DNA from: Hydrogenophilales bacterium | Lineage (GTDB): Bacteria; Pseudomonadota; Gammaproteobacteria; Burkholderiales; Thiobacillaceae | Direction: 5' to 3' | Length of the DNA stretch: 64,000 nt | Assembly (NCBI GenBank): GCA_023258975.1 | Contig: JAHFRD010000007.1 | Coordinates: forward strand, 26,058-90,057 | Part shown: in pieces, positions 1 to 8,723 of the stretch | Layout: each line of letters starts with the position of its first letter | Position numbering within the stretch: position 1 is the stretch's first letter | The notes under the pieces: generated by a model | The model's database searches: none | What the model saw: only the letters and a program-made list of their open reading frames with translations | What the model was told of the DNA's origin: nothing | Program-made: the position numbers and the translations under genes

Positions 1-1611
1 CTCGGCCACCGGGATGAACACGCCCGGCGGCACCAGCCCGCGCACTGGATGTTGCCAGCGCACCAGCACTTCCGCGCCGACCAGCTTGCCCTCGATATCC
101 ACCTGGGGTTGCAGGAACAGGCGCAGCTCGCCGGCCGGAATGGCGTTGCGCAGTTCGCGTTCGACTCGGAAACGCTGTTCCGCCGATTCGCCCATGCTGG
201 TTTCAAAAAACGCGGTCTGGTTGCCGCCGGCCGCCTTGGCCCGGTGCAGCGCGGTGTCGGCGCGGCGCAGGATGTCCTCCCGCGTTTCTTCCAGTTCATC
301 CGAGAACAGGACGATCCCCAGGCTGGCGGTGACGGTGACTTCTTCATCGCCGATTAGCAGGGGAGCGCGTAGGGCTGCGTGGATTTTTTCCGCCACCACC
401 AGGGTGCGCCGGCTGGCCTTGATGACATGCTGGCTGAGATCCGGCAGCAGCAGGGCGAATTCGTCGGCGGCGAGGCGGGCCAGGGTGTCGCCGTCGCGCA
501 GCAGGCCGGCCAGGCGCGCGCCCAGCGCTTGCAACAGGGCATCGCCGAAGGCATGGCCGCGCGCGTCGTTGACGGTCTTGAAGCGGTCGATGTTGAGCAG
601 GATCAGCGCTTCCTGCTGCCCGGAGCGGCGTCTGGAGGCCAGCAGTTGCGCCAGGCGATCCATCAGCAGGACGCGATTGGGCAGGCCGGTAATGCTGTCG
701 AAATAGGCGAGCCGATGGATTTCCGCCACGCCGCGCTGTTTCTCGGCGATCTCGTGCTGCAACGCCAGATCGCGCGTTTCCACCGCGAACGCCATATGGT
801 TGAAGGCGTCGGCGAGGCGGCAGATCTCGTCCTCGCCGGCCTTGTCCATGCGCACGCTGTAATCACCCGCAGCCAATTGTTCCGCGCCCGCCTGCAGACG
901 GGCCAGACGCCGCGTAACCAGACGGTCGAGCAGGAATCCCAGGGCCAGGAACAGGATGGCATAACTGATCAGGCTCTTGAGCAACTGCCCGCCCCAGATT
1001 TCATTACGCCGCTGATCCAGGCGATGCGTGGGCATCTTGATGCTCACTACCCCGCGCAGGTCGCCCACCTGATAGTCATAGGCGCTGGCATAGTGCTCGC
1101 GAATGCTCGTCGGCGCGTTCTCCCGTTTACCGTGGCAGTTCAAACAGAACGGTTCGATCCAGATCGGCGCGGTATAGAGCAGATAACCCACGCCCTTGTC
1201 GTCGATGATGTTGCGCGACCGCTCCCGGAGCCTGGGGTTGGCGCGATAGGAGGCGATGTCCTCCATCTCGAAACGGTCGGCGCGGTTGCCGGGGTTGCGC
1301 GGCTGGTCGGAGACGTTGTTGAACAGGATGCCGCTGTTGTTCCAGTTGGCGAAATCCTTGGAGATGCGCGAGAAGGAATGCGCGGGCAACAAGCCGACCG
1401 TCCTGTCGTTCACCGGCAGGCCGCTGGTGATGAATACCTGTTGATACACGCGCCGGGTCGCCATCATGTAGCCGTAGATGGCGCGGGCGTCGGACTCGGT
1501 CTCCTTGCGCAACTCGGCGGCGAGTTTTTCATAACTGATGCTCAGGTCGATCACCAGCACCACGCTCATCAACGCGCCCAGGAGCAACCAGATTTTGGTC
1601 TTGAGTTTCAT
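1..1611 (-). CDS. Signalling protein with an N-terminal TM segment, a CxxCH haem-c sensor (DUF3365-like), HAMP, a degenerate GGDEF (AADEF) and an EAL-type (EVL) domain; the 3' end runs off the window
   Basis: Not in the ORF track because there is no stop in the window. My reverse-complement read is open from ATG (rc of cat 1609-1611) to position 1. It reads MKLKTKIWLLLGALMSVVLVIDL..., EPFCLNCHGKRENAP, HAMP-like LADAFNHMAFAVETRD, RLAADEFALLLPD, then ELRLFLQPQVDIEGKLVGAEVLVRWQHP...IPVAE. Confidence 0.8.
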   Translation of the reverse strand, partial: MKLKTKIWLLLGALMSVVLVIDLSISYEKLAAELRKETESDARAIYGYMMATRRVYQQVFITSGLPVNDRTVGLLPAHSFSRISKDFANWNNSGILFNNVSDQPRNPGNRADRFEMEDIASYRANPRLRERSRNIIDDKGVGYLLYTAPIWIEPFCLNCHGKRENAPTSIREHYASAYDYQVGDLRGVVSIKMPTHRLDQRRNEIWGGQLLKSLISYAILFLALGFLLDRLVTRRLARLQAGAEQLAAGDYSVRMDKAGEDEICRLADAFNHMAFAVETRDLALQHEIAEKQRGVAEIHRLAYFDSITGLPNRVLLMDRLAQLLASRRRSGQQEALILLNIDRFKTVNDARGHAFGDALLQALGARLAGLLRDGDTLARLAADEFALLLPDLSQHVIKASRRTLVVAEKIHAALRAPLLIGDEEVTVTASLGIVLFSDELEETREDILRRADTALHRAKAAGGNQTAFFETSMGESAEQRFRVERELRNAIPAGELRLFLQPQVDIEGKLVGAEVLVRWQHPVRGLVPPGVFIPVAE

Positions 1612-1621
1612 GTCCTATGCC

Positions 1622-4342
1622 CTATCCCCGATCCAACCGCGCCCATTTTTTCACCGTCGCCACCAGCAGATCCGGATCCAGCGGTTTGCAGAGCTGATCG
1701 ACCATGCCGGCTTGCAGGCATTTCTCGCGCTCCTCCGCCAGGGCGTGTCCGGTCTGGCCGACCACGGGCAAATTTGGGTCGAAGGCGTGGATCGCGCGGG
1801 TGGCTTCCAGGCCATTCATCACCGGCATCTGCACGTCCATGAGCACCAGGTCGTAACCGCCCGGGCCGGCCGCGCGCACGGCATCCAGCGCCTGCTGCCC
1901 GTCCGCCGCCAGATCCGGCACGCAGCCTTCGTCACCCAGCAATTCCTGCAGCAGCATCTGATTCACCTCGTTGTCCTCGGCCACCAGCAACCTGAGACCG
2001 CTCAGTTGCGGCACTCGCGCCGGGGGGGCCGCGCTGGCGGCGCCCGTATCCGGCGCGACGGAAATCTGCGTGGGCGGAGAAGGCCGCAGATAGGGCAGAT
2101 ACACCCGGAAAGTACTGCCGACACCCGCCTGGCTTTCCAGTGTGATTTCGCCCCCCATCAATTCCACCAGGCGTTTGCTGATCGCCAACCCAAGGCCGGT
2201 GCCGCCGTAGCGCCGGGTGGTGGAAGTATCAGCCTGAGTGAAGGCGTTGAACAGGAGGGTTTGCTGCTCAGGAGAAATGCCGATGCCGGTGTCCCGCACC
2301 GAGAACACCAGTTGCTCGCCATCCCGGCCCGTCGCCATGCTCGCGGACAGGGTGACCTGGCCGCGTTCGGTGAACTTGACCGCATTCGCAACCAGATTGA
2401 TCAGCACCTGTTGCAGCCGCGGGCCGTCACCCACGCAGCAGGCGGGGAGATCGGGAGAAGTGGCCAGCGTGAGCGCGAGCCCCTTGTCTTGCGCGCGCTC
2501 GCGCAGCAGATCCAGGGTTTCCCGCAGCACCTGTTCGAGCACATAGGGCAGGGCTTCGATCTTGAGCTTTCCGGCTTCCATCCTGGAAAAATCGAGGACG
2601 TCGTTGATTACGACCAGGAGCAGCTTGCCAGAGTCGATGATGCGAGCGAAGTACTCCCGAGCCTTGCCGCGCCCCTCGCTGGCGCGCAAGCCGACCTGCG
2701 CGAAGCCGAGCACGCCGTTCAGGGGCGTGCGAATTTCATGGCTCATGTTGGCGAGGAATTCACTCTTCACTCTGGCCAGTTGTTCGGCCTCCTTGCGCGC
2801 GGTGACCAATTCCACGGTACGGGCCTGCACCTGTTCCTCCAGACGATTGCGGTACTCCGCCAGTTCGAGTTCCAGAGCGTGTTGGGCCGTGATGTCGTGG
2901 CCGATGCAAAGCACGCCGACGGGACGTTGCCCCGCATCCAGAATGACCCGGTTGGCCCAGCGTACCCAGACCCGGCAACCATCCCGGGTGAGGTTCTCGT
3001 TTTCGTTCTCGGCGAAGCGTGACGGATCGGCCAGGATGGCGGCGATCACGCCGGAAAGATCGCGCCGGCTGCCGGACTCCACCTCCGGAACGATGGTGCC
3101 GACCACGTGTTTACCGACGATTTCCTTGCACGAATAGCCGAAAAACGCCTCCGCATATTCGTTGAAGTACGTCACCGTGCCATCCGGCGCCATGCGCAAG
3201 ATGATCGCGTTGGCGTTGTCCACAAGCTCGCGGTACTTCGCCTCGCTTGCCTGCAAGGCCGTCTCGGCCTGTTTACGCTCGCCGATCTCGCGCCGCAGTT
3301 TCCGGTTGAAGGCGCGCACCCTGGCCACCACCGCCAGCGCGGCCAGCATGCCGGCCAGCGCGACGACCAGCGCCCAACTCAACCAGACCGGCGCGGGCGG
3401 CGGCGCGGGGTCGTAGAGAAAGCCGGCCAGGTCGAAGCCGGCCGCCATCTTGTTCTGGCTGGCATACACCTCCACCACATGGCGCCAGCGTCCGGGGCTG
3501 ATGTAGCCCGGGTCCACGATATCCAGGCGCGTCAGCTCGCGGATCTGTTCCGCCTCGAAAAGCAGATGCTCCCGTGATTTTTTCTGCGTGTTGTAACGGG
3601 CCAGGATCAGATCCGTGATTTCCTCCGGGTGCGCGAGCGCGTAGACCAGCCCCTTGAGGGTGGCCTCGCGGAAGGCCTTCACGATTTCCGGGTGCGTTTT
3701 AACCAGGGATTCGCCGCTGAACAGCACATTGCCATACAGATCAATGCCGGCGGAACGCGGGGTCAGCAGCAGATATTCGTGTTCCCTGCCACGTATCAGA
3801 AACGGTTCATTGGAGACATACACCACCTTCGCGGCTTCCTTCCCCTGTTCCAGGCTCGCCAGGGTCCAGTCGGTCTGCTCGATCAACTTGAGCTGCCTGG
3901 CGGGAATGCCGGAAGCGCGTAGATACGCCTCGATCTCGTCGCGGCTGTGCGCGTCCACGGCAATCGGCTTGCCGGCAAGATCGTGCACGCTTTCCACGCC
4001 ATTCCGGCGCCGCGCCAGCAAGGCGATCGGCGAGTGCTGCATCAGCGTGGCGAGTACCACCAGCGGCTTGCCCTGGTAGCGTTCCACCACCAGCGCGGAG
4101 GTGCCGACGCCGAAATCCGCGTGGCCCTCCAGCACCTCCTTCACCGCATCCACGCCGGGGCCGCCCTCGCGAATCGCCACCTCCAGCCCGGCATCGCGGT
4201 AATAACCCCGCTCCAGCGCCGCGTAGAACGCGGCGAATTCGAACTGGTGCTTCCAGATCAACTGGACGGACACCTGCTCGCCGGCCTGTACCACGGGCAG
4301 CGCAAGCCAACAAAGAGCCAGAAAGGCGAACAGCCGATTCAT
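1622..4342 (-). CDS. Hybrid sensor histidine kinase: periplasmic NMT1/ThiY-like solute-binding domain, TM, PAS, HisKA, HATPase and a C-terminal receiver
   Basis: ORF 1622..4441. I start at the internal MNRLFAFLALCWLALPVVQA signal peptide (cat at 4340-4342). Motifs seen: H-box SHEIRTPLNG, DTGIGI, GGTGLGLAIS, and receiver LLVAEDNEVNQ...LVLMDVQMPVMNG. Confidence 0.85.
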   Translation of the reverse strand: MNRLFAFLALCWLALPVVQAGEQVSVQLIWKHQFEFAAFYAALERGYYRDAGLEVAIREGGPGVDAVKEVLEGHADFGVGTSALVVERYQGKPLVVLATLMQHSPIALLARRRNGVESVHDLAGKPIAVDAHSRDEIEAYLRASGIPARQLKLIEQTDWTLASLEQGKEAAKVVYVSNEPFLIRGREHEYLLLTPRSAGIDLYGNVLFSGESLVKTHPEIVKAFREATLKGLVYALAHPEEITDLILARYNTQKKSREHLLFEAEQIRELTRLDIVDPGYISPGRWRHVVEVYASQNKMAAGFDLAGFLYDPAPPPAPVWLSWALVVALAGMLAALAVVARVRAFNRKLRREIGERKQAETALQASEAKYRELVDNANAIILRMAPDGTVTYFNEYAEAFFGYSCKEIVGKHVVGTIVPEVESGSRRDLSGVIAAILADPSRFAENENENLTRDGCRVWVRWANRVILDAGQRPVGVLCIGHDITAQHALELELAEYRNRLEEQVQARTVELVTARKEAEQLARVKSEFLANMSHEIRTPLNGVLGFAQVGLRASEGRGKAREYFARIIDSGKLLLVVINDVLDFSRMEAGKLKIEALPYVLEQVLRETLDLLRERAQDKGLALTLATSPDLPACCVGDGPRLQQVLINLVANAVKFTERGQVTLSASMATGRDGEQLVFSVRDTGIGISPEQQTLLFNAFTQADTSTTRRYGGTGLGLAISKRLVELMGGEITLESQAGVGSTFRVYLPYLRPSPPTQISVAPDTGAASAAPPARVPQLSGLRLLVAEDNEVNQMLLQELLGDEGCVPDLAADGQQALDAVRAAGPGGYDLVLMDVQMPVMNGLEATRAIHAFDPNLPVVGQTGHALAEEREKCLQAGMVDQLCKPLDPDLLVATVKKWARLDRG

Positions 4343-4404
4343 TTTTTGGGAATCTTGGGCCAACAAGGTGACTACATCATCGGTAACGGTAATGAAAACT
4401 TTAA

Positions 4405-4653
4405 TACCGGATATTCGCTTGGCCCTGTCCGTCGGCGTCACGCGCGGATTCTCTCTGGGTCAACATGAGCACGGCGGTGCTGCTTGGCCTCACCCTCATG
4501 CCGCTTCCGCAAGCCCTGTTCACCTACCTGCCGGCCATGCAAATGCTATTCGGCACCACCTCGATGAGCCTGGAAGACTGGCTCCGGCTGCTGGCCACGG
4601 CGGCGTTGATTACCCTGGCCGGCGCGCTGGAAAAGCGGTTTAGAAAAAGGTAG
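4405..4653 (+). pseudogene. Relic of the C-terminal end of a cation-transporting P-type ATPase (last TM helices only)
   Basis: ORF 4465..4653 reads STAVLLGLTLMPLPQALFTYLPAMQMLFGTTSMSLEDWLRLLATAALITLAGALEKRFRKR. This resembles the conserved ...Y.P.LQ.LF.T..LS..DWL... C-terminus of ~900-aa P-type ATPases. The open frame reaches back only to 4405, and no upstream ATPase domains are present. Confidence 0.5.
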
Positions 4654-4677
4654 CGCCGGCGGGGACGCCGACGCTAC
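4650..4677. repeat. REP-like GC-rich hairpin of the GTAGCGCCGGCG family
   Basis: The sequence is gtagcgccggcggggacgccgacgctac. The arms gtagcgccggc and gccgacgctac pair with one mismatch. The same motif recurs at 8699-8722, 25322-25337, 34581-34592 and 34667-34678. Confidence 0.5.
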
Positions 4678-4699
4678 AAGACCGCGTGCCCGCGTTAGC

Positions 4700-6067
4700 A
4701 TGCCATCCATTTTCCCGATGGAACCCGCCATGCCCAACCAAGCCCCTCAGCCGCGCGGCGCCGATCTACGCATCGACGCCGCCTGGATCGTGCCCGTGCA
4801 ACCCGCCGGAACGGTATTGGCCGGCCACAGCCTGCTGGTGAAAGACGGGCGCATCGCCGCCCTGTTGCCGAGTTCGGAAGCGGATGCCTGGGCCTGCCGC
4901 GAGCGCGTGCATCTGCCCGGCCATGTACTGATCCCCGGTCTGGTCAACTTGCACACCCACGCCGCCATGACCCTGCTGCGCGGTTATGCCGACGACCTGC
5001 CGCTGATGGACTGGCTCAACCATCACATCTGGCCGGCCGAACAACGCCACGGCAACCACGATTTCGTGCGCGACGGCACCCTGCTCGCCTGCCTGGAAAT
5101 GCTCAGTGGCGGCATCACCTGCTTCAACGACATGTATTTCTTCGCCGAAGGCGCGGTGGAAGCGGCCACCCAGGCCGGCATGCGCATCGCCGCCGGCATC
5201 ATCCTGGTGGACTTTCCCACCGGCTACGCCGCCGATACCGACGGCTATCTGCAAAAAGGCCTCGCCATGCGCGACGCCCATGCCGACAACCCGCTGGCGA
5301 CGTTCTGCCTGGCGCCGCACGCCCCCTACACGGTGGGCGACCGCGGCCTGGAAAAAATCATGACCTACGCCGAGCAGCTCGACCTGCCGATCCACATCCA
5401 CCTGCACGAAACCGAAGACGAACTGAAGCAGAGCCGGGAACAGTACGGCGTGCGGCCTCTCGCCCGGCTGAAATCACTGGGCATGCTCACCCCCAGCCTG
5501 ATCGCCGTGCATGGCGTCCACCTCAACGATATGGAGATCGGCTGGCTCGCCAGCCACGGCTGCCACGTCGCGCACTGCCCTGCCTCCAACCTCAAGCTCG
5601 GCAGCGGCTTCGCGCCGGTGGCCAAACTCCTGGCCGAAGGCGTCCATGTCGGCATCGGCACCGACGGCGCCGCCAGCAACAACCGCCTCGACCTGTTCGG
5701 CGAAATGCGCCTCGCCGCCCTCCTCGCCAAAGGCGTCTCCGGCAATCCCGCCGCCCTTCCTGCCGCCAAAGCGCTGGAAATGGCCACCCTCGCCGGCGCC
5801 CGCGCCCTCGGCCTGGAACAGGAAATCGGCTCCCTCGAACCCGGCAAACAAGCCGACATCGTCGCCATCGACCTGGCCCACCCCGGCAGCCTGCCCTGCT
5901 ACGACCCGCTCTCCGACCTCGTCTACAGCGTCGGCCGCGAACAAGTCAGCCACGTCTGGGTGGGCGGCCAACCCCGCGTGGAAAACGGCATCTGCCGCAG
6001 CCTCGACAAATTGGAAACCCTGCGCGTGGCGGGAAAATGGAAAGGCGTCATCAGCCGGAACGGATAG
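4700..6067 (+). CDS. mtaD: Amidohydrolase of the 5-methylthioadenosine/S-adenosylhomocysteine deaminase (TRZ/ATZ) type
   Basis: 455-aa ORF with GLVNLHTHAAMTLLRGYADDLPLMDWL, IHIHLHET, HGVHL and GTDGAASNN metal-binding motifs. The start could instead be 4718 or 4730. Confidence 0.8.
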   Translation: MPSIFPMEPAMPNQAPQPRGADLRIDAAWIVPVQPAGTVLAGHSLLVKDGRIAALLPSSEADAWACRERVHLPGHVLIPGLVNLHTHAAMTLLRGYADDLPLMDWLNHHIWPAEQRHGNHDFVRDGTLLACLEMLSGGITCFNDMYFFAEGAVEAATQAGMRIAAGIILVDFPTGYAADTDGYLQKGLAMRDAHADNPLATFCLAPHAPYTVGDRGLEKIMTYAEQLDLPIHIHLHETEDELKQSREQYGVRPLARLKSLGMLTPSLIAVHGVHLNDMEIGWLASHGCHVAHCPASNLKLGSGFAPVAKLLAEGVHVGIGTDGAASNNRLDLFGEMRLAALLAKGVSGNPAALPAAKALEMATLAGARALGLEQEIGSLEPGKQADIVAIDLAHPGSLPCYDPLSDLVYSVGREQVSHVWVGGQPRVENGICRSLDKLETLRVAGKWKGVISRNG

Positions 6068-6069
6068 TC

Positions 6070-6500
6070 GGCCGGAATGAAAAGCCCCCCATTCCTCCAC
6101 CGCGCCGCCGAACTTGTCCAGGGTTATCGTCCCGCCCCCGGTCGCAGTTTGGTACACGACTTCAGGTGTCTGTTGCCCCAGCGACTGGTGCGGGCGCTCG
6201 CCGTTGTAGAAGGCGAAGTACTCGGCCAGGCCACCATCAGTTCGCCCATCGTGGCGTAGCCCTTCAGATACACGTCCTCATGCTTGACGCTGCGCCTGAG
6301 CCGCTCGACGAAGAAGTTGTCGTAGGCCCGCCCTCGGCCATCCATGCTGATGGCGATGCCCTCCCGCTTCAGCACCCCGGTGAACGTCTCGCTGGTGAAC
6401 TGCGAGCCTTGGCCGCAGTTGAAGACTTTCGGTTTGCCATGAACGCGCAGCGTCTCTTTCAGGCGATCGAGCAGCGCGCCTGGCGTGAAGGTGCAGAGAT
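6070..6500 (-). mobile_element. IS3-family (IS407-group-like) transposase OrfB fragment, 5'-truncated and frameshifted
   Basis: The reverse strand reads ...FTPGALLDRLKETLRVHGKPKVFNCGQGSQFTSETFTGVLKREGIAISMDGRGRAYDNFFVERLRRSVKHEDVYLKGYATMGEL. A frame change at about 6228-6236 is needed to continue GLAEYFAFYNGERPHQSLGQQTPEVVYQTATGGGTITLDKF. This covers only the rve integrase core and C-terminus; there is no OrfA and no IS ends. Confidence 0.75.
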
Positions 6501-6629
6501 ACTTGGGGAGATGAGACGGCGCTGGTCAATACGGATGTGCGAGGCCGCAGCTACGCGCCGACGGGCAAAACCCCAGTCGCCATGACCGTATGCGCACCTG
6601 GCGCCGGAGAACCCTCAATCTCTGTGTAA
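6495..6629 (+). mobile_element. IS630-family (DDE_3) transposase fragment abutting the IS3 fragment
   Basis: The plus frame reads WGDETALVNTDVRGRSYAPTGKTPVAMTV..., which matches the first-D region (DE....GR.YAP.G.TPV) of IS630-type transposases. The frame opens at 6489 and stops at 6627-6629. Confidence 0.5.
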
Positions 6630-6686
6630 GCTGAAGCCACTGTATCCTGTCGCCATGACCGTATGCGCACCTGGCGCCGGAGAACC
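6576..6686 (+). repeat. 38-bp direct duplication with a 73-bp period
   Basis: gtcgccatgaccgtatgcgcacctggcgccggagaacc occurs at 6576-6613 and again, identical, at 6649-6686. Copy 1 covers the end of the IS630-like homology. Confidence 0.85.
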
Positions 6687-6783
6687 TCAAGGCCGTCGTG
6701 CGTGTGCTGAATCGGATGTCACGATCCGGTCACGCTGGGGGTTTTGAGTCAGGCTGGGATGTTGCCTAAGTGCTTGAATTTAA

Positions 6784-6860
6784 TGGTCGGGGTGAGAGGA
6801 TTCGAACCTCCGGCCTCCACGTCCCGAACGTGGCGCTCTACCAGGCTAAGCTACACCCCG
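6784..6860 (-). tRNA. tRNA-Pro (anticodon CGG)
   Basis: The rc reads cggggtgtagcttagcctggtagagcgccacgttcgggacgtggaggccggaggttcgaatcctctcaccccgacca. It has a 7-bp acceptor stem, anticodon stem ccacg/cgtgg with loop ttCGGga, a GGTTCGAATCC T-arm and an encoded CCA. Confidence 0.95.
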
Positions 6861-6925
6861 ACTTGAACTGGTCTCGGAACCGAGATCAGTGAAACTGACT
6901 GAGAAGAGCCGTTCCTTCAGGCTAC

Positions 6926-7894
6926 TCAATATTCGCGGCTGACCGCGAAGGCCGACAATTCTAGCAAAGCCGTCTTGTATTGGCTATCCGGAATTACGGC
7001 CAAAGCGGAACGCGCCAACTCGGCCTCGGACTCGGCCTGGCGGCGGGCGTGGTCAAGGGCGCCGGTGCCGCGCACAATGGCGAGTATTTCATCAAAGCGG
7101 CTGGCGTCGCCTTGCTTGATCGCGTTGCGGATGACTTCAGCCTGTTCCGGGTTGCCGTGCTTCATGGCGAACAGCAAGGGGAGGGTGGGTTTGCCTTCGG
7201 CAAGGTCATCGCCGACGTTCTTGCCGATCACATCGCTGCTGCCCGAATAGTCAAGGACATCGTCGATGATCTGAAAAGCGGTGCCCAGGTGCATGCCGTA
7301 ATCGCCCAACGCGTCTTCCTGTTCGCGCGGAGCGCTCTGGATGATGGCGCCCAGTCGCCCGGCGGCCTCGAACAGCTTTGCGGTCTTGTAGCGGATGACT
7401 CGCAGATACGCGGCTTCGTCGATGTCCGGGTCATTGCAATTCATGAGCTGCAAGACCTCGCCCTCGGCAATGACGTTGGTGGCATCCGAGAGCACTTCCA
7501 TGACGCGCATGTTGTGTAGCGAAACCATCATCTGAAAGGCGCGTGAATAGAGAAAGTCACCCACCAGGACACTGGCTGCGTTACCGAACAGGGCATTGGC
7601 GGTATCCCTGCCGCGTCGCAAGGTGGAGGCATCCACCACGTCATCGTGCAGCAAGGTGGCGGTATGGATGAACTCGACCACAGCGGCGAGTTCGTGATGA
7701 TGCTTGCCCTCATGTCCCATCGCCCTGCCCGATAGCACCACCAGGGCGGGGCGCAGACGCTTGCCGCCACTGTGGATGATGTATTCGGATACCTGTCGCA
7801 CCAGAGCCACCTCGGAGTGCAGACGCTCTCGGATGACCTGATCGACCTGGGCCATGTCGGCGGTCAGCAGCGTTTGCAGCAGGGGGGATGACAC
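6926..7894 (-). CDS. ispB: Octaprenyl-diphosphate synthase
   Basis: 322-aa ORF with a GTG start, GGKRLRPALV, and the DDxxD motifs LLHDDVVD and FQIIDDVLDY. Confidence 0.9.
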   Translation of the reverse strand: MSSPLLQTLLTADMAQVDQVIRERLHSEVALVRQVSEYIIHSGGKRLRPALVVLSGRAMGHEGKHHHELAAVVEFIHTATLLHDDVVDASTLRRGRDTANALFGNAASVLVGDFLYSRAFQMMVSLHNMRVMEVLSDATNVIAEGEVLQLMNCNDPDIDEAAYLRVIRYKTAKLFEAAGRLGAIIQSAPREQEDALGDYGMHLGTAFQIIDDVLDYSGSSDVIGKNVGDDLAEGKPTLPLLFAMKHGNPEQAEVIRNAIKQGDASRFDEILAIVRGTGALDHARRQAESEAELARSALAVIPDSQYKTALLELSAFAVSREY

Positions 7895-7942
7895 GATGTG
7901 GGTGAAAGCCAGGTAAAGGTGGAAAACAGGACTTGGTCAATA

Positions 7943-8018
<76 letters not shown>

Positions 8019-8345
8019 GCATTGGGTCGCGGATTATACATTTCTCCAGGCAATGCCCAAGTCTGGTTCATGCGCGCCCTGTTTTCTCACTCGAACGGGT
8101 AGCCCAGGCGCAACCTGCCCCCAGTGCCGACGCTGGATGTAGATGGGGGCGGACAGGTCTTTCATCAGCGCGTATTTGCCCGCGCCCATGTCGCGCCGCT
8201 ATCGGATGGGGACGCCGCTGCATGGAAAATGATCGCGGCGGGGTTCCGAATCTGAGTCGGGTGCAGGCCCGACAGATCCCCTTCTTCCAGTTACGTTCCT
8301 GCAAACACTGGCGTCTCGCCCGCCGCAGCGTCGAGGGATAGCCCC

Positions 8346-8648
8346 ATGACAGACACCCCGCAACGCGCCACCGAATACGGAGAACAGGCCGCCATGCGTG
8401 GCCTCTCGCAAGACGACTGCCCTTATCGTCTGCACGACCTGTGCGCCTGCTGGCTGCGCGGCTGGCACGCTTGGCACCAGGCGGCAGCCGGTGCCGGCCG
8501 TGGAGGCCACCGCGCAAGGCCGCGCCGCCCTGGCGCGGTTGAAGGCCATGCTGCCATGATCACCATAGAGGTCGACGACCGCGCCATCCTCGACGCGCTG
8601 GCGCAAGCCGCGCAGTGGCTGACCAGGGCGCCCGGCGTCAGCGGCTAA
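8346..8648 (+). pseudogene. Prophage relic: an Rmf-like small protein fused by a frame error to the first ~25 codons of a Mu-G-type virion morphogenesis gene
   Basis: The N-terminal part YGEQAAMRGLSQDDCPYRLHDLCACWLRGWHAWHQ fits the Rmf signature (CPY...WL.GW). An alternative frame ends AQGRAALARLKAMLP-stop and overlaps ATGA with MITIEVDDRAILDALAQAAQ, which looks like the start of phage virion morphogenesis proteins. That reading stops after 30 codons. Confidence 0.4.
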
Positions 8649-8693
8649 CAACATGATTTGCGAACACAGCCTTTGCAATTGAGGACTCCGGGG

Positions 8694-8722
8694 AAAAACG
8701 CCGGCGAGTCGCCGGCGCTACA
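8694..8722 (-). terminator. Rho-independent terminator / REP hairpin after the ABC-F gene
   Basis: The minus strand reads ctgtagcgccggcgactcgccggcgtttttccc. It has an 8-bp stem cgccggcg/cgccggcg, loop act and a T5 run, immediately after the stop at 8724. Confidence 0.6.
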
Positions 8723-8723
8723 G

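Noticed and set aside
379-1842. 487-aa plus-strand ORF, along with 14..706 and several others, in the first 1.8 kb
   Set aside because: These are antisense shadows of the minus-strand GGDEF-EAL gene. Their composition is Arg/Ala/Gly-rich and they carry no motifs, whereas the opposite strand gives clean HAMP/GGDEF/EAL motifs.
8068-8678. Minus-strand ORFs 8068..8517 and 8199..8678
   Set aside because: They are Arg-rich and overlap the prophage-relic frames on the other strand. They have no start context and no motifs. The region is better explained as decayed DNA.
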